The notes beneath the pieces were generated by a model that made no database searches, had not been told where the DNA came from, and saw only the letters and a list, made by a program, of their open reading frames with translations. Below are positions 38,807-48,880 of a DNA stretch of 48,880 nt, piece after piece. The stretch's first letter is position 1. Each line of letters starts with the position of its first letter. The position numbers and the translations under genes are program-made. Origin of the DNA: Octopus sinensis (taxonomy: Eukaryota); NCBI RefSeq assembly GCF_006345805.1, contig NW_021832145.1, positions 1-48,880 of the forward strand, read 5' to 3'.

Positions 38807-38832
38807 TACTATATAAGTTATGCCAAATGCTA

Positions 38833-39178
38833 GATTGACGGTTTCTTTATCTGCTAGTCTTTGTTTGTTTGTCCGTAGACAAGATATCTCAAGAACCACA
38901 GAATGGATTCGGATGAAACTTTCAAGGATGTTTGGCGTAGTGACTGGCACGAACTGATTAGATTATGGGATCGATCCGATACCAGGTAAAGATTCTGGAT
39001 TCTTTTTTTTTTTTCTAACTCAATTTTTATGAGTGATCGGTTTCATTTTTAGCATTTTCGTTTGTGAAAGCAGTAGAGTTTATTTCAGATATTCTCATTT
39101 TAGAAATCATCTCTGACTAATCGTTGAGAGGACATTGGTGTTGCCTTGGCGGAGGTTTGCGCTCTCTGAGTGCTCTTG
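38833..39178 (+). mobile_element. Helentron-associated non-autonomous element (HINE/DINE-1-like), 5'-truncated
   Basis: (TTTG)n then AAGATATCTCAAGAACC..TGGATTCGGATGAAACTT, ending in subterminal CCTTGGCGGAGG and a short GCGCTC-TCT-GAGTGC hairpin. This is typical HINE architecture. Confidence 0.65.
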
Positions 39179-39501
39179 TTACTTTCGTTTTGAATTAACC
39201 AAGCATTATCTTATACTTTTGATATTTCAATGATGTAATTCTTTAATTCTTTAAACTGTTTTTCGTGTTGCCTGTCTTGTTTTCCGTTTGTTTCTTTCAT
39301 TGTTCGCAGAAAAAATGTTCGCATTCCGTGTTGTCGTATTTCGTATTTCATGTTGTTTTCGTATTTTATGTTTATTGTATATTATTTATGTTCCGTGGAG
39401 TCCTGTTCCCATATATGCATGTATATACGAATATGTGTATGTATGCATATATTTATGTAATTTTATATTATATGATTGAACGCCAGGCATCCATTTCCAA
39501 G

Positions 39502-39545
<44 letters not shown>

Positions 39546-39911
39546 ATATATGAGTGCTACTTTCAATTTCTGTCTAAAATCCACTCAAAAGGCTTTTGGT
39601 CGGCTCAAGGTTATTGTAGAAGGCACTCGTCCAAAGCGACATGCAGTGGAATTGAACCCAAAACCACATGGCTGTAAAGTGATCTTTTTCACCACACAAC
39701 CAACCGATTTGAAAAACTGGCCCTTTACTTCGAATCCAAATATCCAGGGTCATTACTGGTGGACTCGGATTTTCTGTCTCACGAAAGTTACACACGTGGA
39801 TATTATGACCTGCTAAAGCTTCTGTGCATAACTAATTGTGTGTATCGTATTGGAGCCGAAGGTTAATTTTGACCTGAACAATATAGACTTTGTTCAAACG
39901 TGGTAAAACAC

Positions 39912-40168
39912 CTGGTATTCCGTCGGTCGCGACGACGAGGGTTGCAGGTGATGTGATTCAATCAACCGAACAGCTTGCTCTTGATATTTAACGTGCAAGT
40001 GGCTGAGTTCTCCGTAGAAACGCGTACATTTAAGTGTGATACAGGATATGACAAGGCTCGCTCTTTGAATTAGAGGTACTACTCATTTTTGCCAGACGCA
40101 AGGCACGACCGAAAATCGAACTCGTAACCTTAAGGTCGGGAACCGAATACCTCAAACACTAAGACACT
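39912..40168 (-). mobile_element. SINE family C, degenerate
   Basis: TATTCCGTCGGTCGCGACGACGAGGGTT is the reversed family C tail; reversed B-box (AATCGAACTC) near 40115. Confidence 0.7.
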
Positions 40169-40446
40169 GAACGAAGCATATTATAGGTTTATCAAATAAT
40201 GTAATCTACCAACAAAAAAAAAAAAAAATGTACTTAATTTGCATATTTTAGATTTGAATACTTAAGTAGCTAATTTGCATATTTAATTAGTTATCGCACT
40301 GGTTGTTCAAAAATACATTCATTATTACAAGTGACCAGCATATCGAATTTGATTAATTTGTTTGTTTGTTACAGAACTTAAACTTTTAGTACATCTATCC
40401 TCGCTTACCGCGGATTCATTTATCACTGATCCACGATATCACGGTA

Positions 40447-40504
<58 letters not shown>

Positions 40505-40656
40505 GGAGGGAGAAAAGGGATAAACTGGACTGAGCAGAGCAAGGCACACGTAGGTGGGACAAAGAGCCGTTGAAGGGGTCACAAGAACGAAAGGGCTTTG
40601 TGTGACAAAAAGGGATTTGACAAAGAAACGATAATAATGATAATAATAATAATAAT

Positions 40657-41112
40657 CCTTTCTACTGGAAGCACAAGGCCTCAAATATTGGGGGAGGCAT
40701 TAAGTCGATTACATCGACCCCAGTACGTAACTGGTGTACTAATTATATCGACCCCCGAAAGGATGAAAGGCAAAGTCGACCTGGTGGAATTTGAACTCAG
40801 AACGTAAAGACGGACGAAATACCGCTAAGTATGTCGCTCGGCGTGCTAACGTTTCTGCCAGCTCACCGCCGTAAAAATTATAATAATAATAATAATAATA
40901 ATGGTTTCAAATTTTAGCACAAGGCCTGCAATTTGCTGGGTAGTGGGTAAGTGAATTACATCGATCCCAGTATTCAACTGGTACTTATCTTATCGATCCT
41001 CCTAGGGGAATAAAAAGAAAAGTCGACCTCAGTGGAATTTGAACTCGGAACATACAGACGAAAGAAATACCGTTAAGTATTTTGACTGACGCGCGAACGA
41101 TTAAGCCAGCTC
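40657..41112 (-). mobile_element. Two SINE family B copies in (AAT)n
   Basis: Reverse cores and heads (GCCAGCTCACCGCC, GCCAGCTCGCG). Confidence 0.85.
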
Positions 41113-41384
41113 GCGTACCGGCGCACACACGTACACACACACACACATACACACACAACTTTATAAAGCCACTACTGACAACTCTTCGCTCTCACTTAAT
41201 CAACGCGTGCATTTATCTCACCTGCTAGAAATAACAGCTAAATCAGGAGAAGGACACATCAGAGAATGGTAGTCATAAATGCCCTTAGTGAGATGGTCAT
41301 AACTGGAAAGCCTTTGATCGTAGGCCTGCCCTTTCAGAATTGACCTGAAGCTAAACAATAACAACACATAGAGACCCAAAAACT

Positions 41385-42065
41385 GAACACTCAGCTCAAG
41401 CACCCACACTCAAAGCATAAACTCAGCACTCAGAAAATACACTCAACACTCAACAGATACACTCAACGCTCTGTACAATCTTACACTTTCAACACGCATA
41501 TACACTCAACGCAGCAAGGACTCAATACGTACATACTTTACACACACACACACACACTCAAGATGCATACTCAACACATGTACTCAACACTCAACTTACG
41601 TAGACAGTGCATATACTCAATGGATTCACAAAATAGATTCACTCGACACGTTCACTCACTCAACACTTTCACTCACTCGATACTCCCTCACTGAGCAATC
41701 TCACTTACTCAAAAGTCTCACTCGATTCTTTCGTTCACCCGACACTCTCACTCGACACTCTCTTTTAGCACTCTCACTCACACTCGACATTCTCACTCGA
41801 GACATTCACTCAATCTACATTCGGTATTCTCACTCACTAATTACTTTCATTCACTCAGCACTCACTTCTCACTCAACACTCACCTCACACTCGACACTCA
41901 GTCATTCGCAGTGATACTCGACACTCTCACTCAGCACTCTCACTCACTCGATACACTCATTCATTATATATTCTCTCTCACTCAAAACTTTCACTCGACA
42001 CCTTTACTCAAAACTTTCACTCAGCACCTTCACTCGGCACTTTCACTCAGTTCTCTCACTCAACA
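41385..42065. repeat. Degenerate ACTC/CACTCGACACTCTCACT low-complexity satellite
   Basis: Continuous ACTCAACAC / ACTCGACAC / CTCACT motifs. Confidence 0.8.
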
Positions 42066-42932
42066 CAGAAGAGTTTCAATGCGTCATTGACTAGCTAAAA
42101 GAAACGGTCAAATCTCCCTCATGTTCACAAATGGTTTTTTACACATTGGAAATGTAATCTTACATACCTCTGAAAAGACGGGATAGTCATGGACGGATTG
42201 ACTTTGATCACAGGTCTCTTGGACATGCTGGCGGAAGGTTAAGCAAAAAAAAAAAAAAAGCAAAGACGATACTACTCTTTATCCACCGAGAGAACCACTT
42301 CTGCGTAGTAACAACTGTTAGAAATAGCAGCCAGTTCACCCTCCAATCACGGATCGGTTTAAGCCAGAAAGATTACGGAAGGAAATACTGTATAATGTAA
42401 TCCTCATTTATGGATTGGCCACGGATGGAACAACTTTGATGATAGGGCTGCTCAATTAAGATGGGCTTATGTCAAAACAACGCTGGACAACAGAAACAGC
42501 CACAGCAGCTCTGAGAAACACTACAACGTGAACACGAACACACCACATTACAAGGAACTAACACATTTTTCAACACATCACGAATCACATTAACACATAC
42601 ATACACACATAGAACCACACACACACACACGCGCGTGCGCGCGCAAACACACACGCACACTCATATATATAACCGTAAACAAGTGCGCACACACACACAT
42701 ACATACACATAATCGCATGAATTATAAAATTCTTCCATGCGTACGCGTACACACGTGAACATGTATTTAACGCACACACACACATAAACATATTTATAAA
42801 TACGTATATACCTACATATACATATATGAGCGCGTATGTATGTGTTTGTGTGTGTGTGTCTTATCTATCTATCTTCTATCTACCTATCTATCAAGCAATC
42901 TATCTATCTCTCTCTCTCCCTCTCTCTCTCTA

Positions 42933-42983
<51 letters not shown>

Positions 42984-43337
42984 GTATCTATCTATGTATC
43001 TGCCTGCCTCTCTCTCTATCTCTATCTTATAAAACGAAGTCAGAGAGTAAAAGATTTAATATATATGTAGAATATAATATTTATTATAATTTTGTTGACG
43101 GTGACTTCGAAGTCTTATTTCAATAAACCACAAAATTATAGATAAAGAAGAGAAAGAGCGAGAGAGAGAGAGAGAAGAAAGAAAGAGAAGAATTAGCAAA
43201 ATTATTTTTGGATACGTTGCTATATATTATATAAATATATATCATAATATATATATATATATTATATTATATATATATATATCTACGTTCACAGTTAAGT
43301 CTCTCTTTCTCTCTTTTGCGCTATCTTCTGTCTGTTT

Positions 43338-43388
<51 letters not shown>

Positions 43389-44182
43389 GTGTGTGTGTGT
43401 AAGTGTATCCGTATGGTTAAACAGTGTAAATATATAATGTAAATGTATGTTCTCTCCATATGTACCTACGAGTTTACATCTGTCTTATAATAACGTGTGT
43501 TTATCTATTAACGTGTAAGTACCGTATCTCGTATATCGTATTCGTGTATACATGATTAACTGTCATACGTGTAAGTCTATTGGAGTATATAACAATGTTT
43601 AAAACACGTCTATGTGTCTTATGTGTGTTCGTGTGTGTGTGTGTGCGACGGGTGTATAGCGGGTACATAGTCGCCATCGACCGAATAAGCGGCACAAGAG
43701 AAAAACAGCTGGCACCAACACAAATATTAACTACCTGTAAAAGATGACATAACGTAAAGTTGTCTTGTGACAATGACGTCACTATCAGCTTTTTAGTTTT
43801 AACACTAAACCTGTGTCTTACACACACGCACGCACACATCGCCAATATATTAAAAGCGTGTGTGTGTGTGCGTGAGGGGATGGCTGTTGCATGAGCCGAG
43901 CAGCAATGCATATTGGTTCCTCTCTGAATCTGGCCCCTAGATCTACCTATAAGCTTAATAAAATATATACGCCAAATATATAGTATAACAAAGTTATATA
44001 TATATATTTATGTATGTATGTATATATGTGTGTATATATGGATGGATAGGCACAGCTGATTGCTTAAACTTAGCGACATTGCCATAAATAAACGCGCTGT
44101 GTAAATGTGTGTGTGTATGTGTGTCTATATGTATGTGTGTATGTATGTATGTTTGCGTGCGAGTGTCCGTATGCGTGTGTGC

Positions 44183-44217
<35 letters not shown>

Positions 44218-44248
44218 CACTCTATCTATCTCACTCTATCTATCTCAC

Positions 44249-44287
<39 letters not shown>

Positions 44288-44290
44288 CAC

Positions 44291-44339
<49 letters not shown>

Positions 44340-44408
44340 ATATCTCTTTGTCTGTCTGTCTGTCTATAATACGCTTACACACGTATGGGTATGCATTTAG
44401 GTATGTAC

Positions 44409-44463
<55 letters not shown>

Positions 44464-44658
44464 GATACGAGACAGATAAGTACTTGAGATTTCACATTGC
44501 TATGATCATAATCCTCTCTCTCTCACTCCACACACACATACACACAGAGGCAGAGAGACAAACGCCCTTACACAGTCTTTATATATTTAATAGTTATATT
44601 TTATTAACTTTGTTGACAGTGACTTCGCACCTCTTTGAAGAATGTTTAGTCGAATATA

Positions 44659-44822
44659 GGCGCAGGAGTGGCTGTGTTATAAGATGCTTGCTTCCCAACC
44701 ACATGGTTTCGGGTTCAGTCCCACTGCGTGGCACCTTGCGCATGCGTCTTTTCTACTATAGCCTCAGGCCGACCAGAGCCTTGTGAGTGATTTGGTAGAC
44801 GGAAACTGAAAGGCGCCCGTCG

Positions 44823-44874
<52 letters not shown>

Positions 44875-45085
44875 TATATATATATATATCAAATATGTGT
44901 GTGCATTTGTGTGTCTGTGTTTGTTCCCCCATTATCGCTTGACAAACGATGCTGTGTGTGTTTAACGTCCGCGTAATTTAGCGGTTCGGAAAAAACAGAC
45001 CGTAGAATATTCCTGGGTTTGATTTGTTCGACTAAAGGCGGTGCTCCAGCATGGCTACAGTCAAATGACTGAAACCGAAGAGAAT
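44659..45085 (+). mobile_element. SINE family A, full-length with internal (TA)n
   Basis: GGCGCAGGAGTGGCTGTG head through GTCAAATGACTGAAAC tail. Confidence 0.9.
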
Positions 45086-45266
45086 ACAAGAATCAACTCT
45101 CTCTAGTACTTATTTAATTTTTTTTTAAAGCCTGGAACTTATTCTATCGATGACTTAAACCGAACCGCTACGTTACGGGAGCGTAAATACACCAACACGG
45201 GTTGTCAAACAGTTGTGGGGAATTAACACAAACCCACACACACACACACCAGTCACACAACTCTCA

Positions 45267-45318
<52 letters not shown>

Positions 45319-45835
45319 AATATATATATTATACAACGGGCTTCCGGACAGTTTCTGTGGAAAAAATTCGCACGCAATGTATTTGTCGGTCTAGGGTTTA
45401 TATGTATGTTTATGTATGTATATATATATGTATGTATGTATCTATATATGCATATATATATATAATATATCTATATATATATATATATATATATATGCGT
45501 GTGTGTCGGTACGTATCGATCTGTCTGTTATTTTTCTATGAATATCTATCTGCTTGTCTAACTCTCTATCGATATCTGTCTATATGTCTGTCTATCAATA
45601 TTTATCAGTGTCAATCATAAGCTTTTCTCTCAATATCTGTCAATAGCTATCTATCATTGTCTATCTAACAATACCTGTCTATCGATATCATTTCGCCTAT
45701 CATTTAACTCTCTGGCTTTCAGTATCTCGCTCTCTCTAACGCAATCGTCTTCTTATTTGCCTATCAATATTTTATGAGTCTAACACTCACCTGTCGTTAT
45801 GTACTATTTGTTTTTTTGCATTAATATCTATCCGT

Positions 45836-46720
45836 AAGGCGGCGAGCTGGCAGAAACGTTAGCACGACGGGCGAAATGCTTAGCGGTATTTCGTCTGCCG
45901 CTACGTTCTGAGTTCAAGCTCCGCCGATGTCGACTTTGCCTTTCATCCTTTCGGGGTCGATTAAATAAGTACCAGTTACGCACTGGGGTCGATATGATCG
46001 ACTTAGTCCGTTTGTCTGTCCTTGTTCGCCCCCTCTGTTTTTAGCTAGCCCCTTGTGGGTAGTAAAGAAATAGGTATTTCGTCTGCCGCTACGTTCTGAG
46101 TTCAAATTCCGTCAGGATCGACTTTGCCTTTCATCCTTTCGGGGTTGATAAATCGAGTAACAGCTGAGTACTGGGGTCGATGTAATCGACTTACCCTCTC
46201 CCCTCAAATTTCGGACCCTGTGCCTATAGCAGAAAGGATTAATATCTATCTGTGAGGCAGTGAGCTGGCAGAATCGTTAGCGCGCCGGATAAAAAAAACC
46301 TCGCGGTATTTCTCTTTCTTCTTTGCATTCTGAGTTCAAATTCCACTTAGGTCGACTTTGCCTTTCATTCTTTCGGGGTCGGTGAAATAAATGCCGAATG
46401 AGCACTTGGTCAATATTATTAACTATACATCTCCCCGCATGAATTTCAGACCTTCTGCCTGTCTGTGTATTGGTATATCGGTATATCGGTGAGCTGGCAG
46501 AAACGTTAGAAACAGGCGAAATGCTTAGCGGTATTTCCTCTGCCGTTACGTTCTGAGTTCAAATTCCGCCGAGGTCGACTTTGCCTTTCATCCTTTCGGG
46601 GTCGATAAATTAAGTACCAGTTACGCACTGGGGTCGATATAATCGACTTAATCCGTTTGTATGTCCTTGTTTGTCCTCTCTGTGTTTAGCCCCTTGTGGG
46701 TAGTAAAGAAATAGGTATAT
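45836..46720 (+). mobile_element. SINE family B cluster: dimer (45836-46242), degenerate copy, monomer (46488-46720)
   Basis: Three heads; internal junction AAAGAAATAGGTATTTCGTCTG at about 46066; the last copy ends AAAGAAATAGGTAT. Confidence 0.9.
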
Positions 46721-47062
46721 CAATATCTTAGTATATATTTATCTGTCATTATCTATACGCCTCTCAAAACAAAACATCAATCACTCACTCACTCAGTCAA
46801 TCAATCAGTGTATAATCAGTCAGTCCATTCATCCACCCATCCCACCGTAATTTAGAAGCCTCAAGAAGCGAATCACTTTTACGTTAGTTTATCAAATGCG
46901 AATGCAGTTTATAAATAATACTTCACTGTACAGCGTTTAACACCAGCGCCCTCTGAAGCGGATATTGCACGAAAAACAAACTCTAGTGCCTTTTTTTCTC
47001 TCTCCAATAAAATATTGCCAGCTGTTATTTCTAGTTACATCAAACTTCGAGCACCCCGTATG

Positions 47063-47225
47063 GGGGCAGGAGTGGCTGTGTTGTAAGAAGCTTGCTTCCT
47101 TACTACATGGTTCCAGGTTCAGTCTCAGTGTCTGGGACCTTGGGCAAGTTTCTTCTACTGTAGCCTCGGGCCGACTAAAACCTTGTAAGTGGATTTGGTA
47201 GACGAAACTGAAAGAAGTCTGTTGT
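47063..47225 (+). mobile_element. SINE family A, 5' half
   Basis: GGGCAGGAGTGGCTGTGTTGTAAGAAGCTTGC...GGATTTGGTAGACGAAACTGAAAGAAG. Confidence 0.85.
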
Positions 47226-47490
47226 GTGTGTATAATACATACATACACATATATATATATATGTGTGTGTGTTAAATAATTTTTGGAATGGGTTTTCCAA
47301 TTCAAACAACCTCCCCATAGCAAATGGGACATGGCATTTTCTAACCAGAAGAGATTTCATTTCAACCCAATATAACTGTATACTATTCTTTTAGAGCGTA
47401 TGTGATGTATTCGAAACCATAATTGCCCATCACCAAAAAGAAAATGAAAAATAATCACGTTCTCTTTCTCCTCTCGAAAGTTTATGAAAT

Positions 47491-47528
<38 letters not shown>

Positions 47529-47586
47529 GATAATTAATTAAAAAAAAACGGAGAAAAGACTACAAGAATAAAACACCAACACCAAC

Positions 47587-48435
47587 GCGAGGGGTAACCA
47601 AAATTAACCAGAAACGTTGTATGTGAGACAAGTCCGTTGTAGTTCAGGTTTCATCCGCTAGAAGCCACTTGATGCGTCCCTCAGGCATCAGTTTGTCGAC
47701 CAGCGTCATCGTATGTAGTCTTACTTCCACGTGGTGCCTCTTCGTTTTGCAGTGCTTCTCCACTGTTCGTCGGTTTTTGCGATGGCTGAAACGAAGGAAC
47801 AGGTGCATCTGTGAAATTCTGTTTTCTGCTGATGAAAACGGCAGCCGAAATAGTTGTCATGTTTCAAACAGATTACAAGGACGTTGCAACGAGCAAAACA
47901 CAAGTTTACGAGCGTTTCCCTCGTTTTACGAATGGTCACTTGTCGCTTGAAGACCAACCTTGTTCAGGACGACCGTCGACTTCCGGAACGAATGGAAACA
48001 TCATGAAAATTCATGAACTGATCATGGAGGACCGTTACCGACCAATTGACGAACTTGCTGATATGACTGGTGTGTCCAGGAGCCCCTGCCAATGAATTTC
48101 GAGCAAGGAATTGCAAATGAAAAGAGTTGCAGCAAAATGTGTGCCTCTCTTGCACACGGAAGATCAAAAGCAGTCACGAATGAATGCATGTCGTGTACTG
48201 AAAGAACAAAAGTAAGGAATTTGCAGATGTGGAAGAGGTGAAGAGAAAACGACGGAGAAGTTAAAAAGGCATCACTTCGCAAGAGTTCCAGCCTTGCTTC
48301 CAACAGTGGAAGATTCGCCTGCACCGATGCATTGCTTCAAATGGCGAATAATTTGAAGGCGATAAAGTGTAAACATGTAAAACTAAGTGAATAAAATATA
48401 TTGCAAAATTCCGGTTTCATTCGATAACCACCTCA
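47587..48435 (+). mobile_element. Mariner (Tc1/mariner) DNA transposon, internally deleted, pseudogenised transposase
   Basis: From ATG 47782: MAETKEQ..VKFCFLLMKTAAEIVVMFQTDYKDVATSKTQVYERF.RF.NG..SLEDQPCSGRPSTS...KIHELIMEDR...IDELA.MTGVS...ELQMKRVAAKCVP. It then jumps to the C-terminal FADVEEV...QEFQPCFQQWKIRLHRCIASNG..FEGD. Degenerate inverted termini CGAGGGGTAACCAAAATTAACCAGAAA / TTCCGGTTTCATTCGATAACCACCTCA-TA. Confidence 0.92.
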
Positions 48436-48880
48436 TATATATTATATATATATATATATATATCTAATATATATATAATATATATATATAGATATATGTA
48501 TTTAGATGTTATACACTCACGCAAATATATTATAATACATATATGTATATATATATATACACTTATTGTTTTATACATATACGTACTATATATATGTATA
48601 TATATACGTACTATATATATGTATATATATACATATTATATATATGTATATATATACATACTGTCTATTTTATGTTTCAGTCATTTATCTGCCATCACGC
48701 TGAGACAAATACACACACACACACACACACAACAACATGTATGTATGTATGTACGTATGTATGCCTATACGAATGTATAGGCATTCGATTTATTAGACAC
48801 CAGGTGTCAGAGGAAATATGTAAGCAATTCTTCACGGAAACAACCACAACCCACCTGCCCAAGATATTCTTTCATCACCA

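Noticed and set aside
40237-40280. Two octamer motifs (ATTTGCAT) 36 bp apart
   Set aside because: No snRNA or other gene adjacent; the AT-rich context makes chance or a transposon remnant likely.
43640-43726. Minus-strand acceptor TCATCTTTTACAG followed by ATGGCG
   Set aside because: The frame runs into CA repeats with no good donor; unsupported as an exon.

Overview
AT-rich, microsatellite-dense animal genomic DNA. The SINE families, Dong/R4 LINE remnants and (TA)n/(CA)n load point to an octopod cephalopod (Octopus sp.); this is inference, not a database result. One protein-coding gene is well supported: the 3' half of a + strand CDC20/Fizzy-family APC/C coactivator. I assembled it by hand from five GT-AG exons (215-312, 2945-3155, 20831-20956, 21878-22064, 26534-26646; 735 nt, 244 aa + stop), ending in the diagnostic C-terminal IR tail. 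Its 5' exons lie upstream of the window. The protein keeps the WD40 fold, the D-box acidic pair and the IR tail, but every KEN-box and ABBA-receptor residue visible here is substituted, which suggests a specialised, possibly checkpoint-insensitive coactivator. The rest is mostly transposon-derived: at least five tRNA-derived SINE-like families, a 5'-truncated Dong/R4 LINE in a (TAA)n tract, RTE and CR1/jockey-type 3' fragments, a Penelope-like remnant with a hammerhead-like core, a Helentron-type non-autonomous element and an internally deleted mariner. There are also many mini- and microsatellites. Weaker signals suggest unannotated minus-strand transcription units near 19.1 kb and 34.3-34.7 kb, and an alternative terminal exon at 23.8 kb. 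Almost all ORFs in the supplied track are simple-repeat artefacts. Repeat boundaries are approximate.
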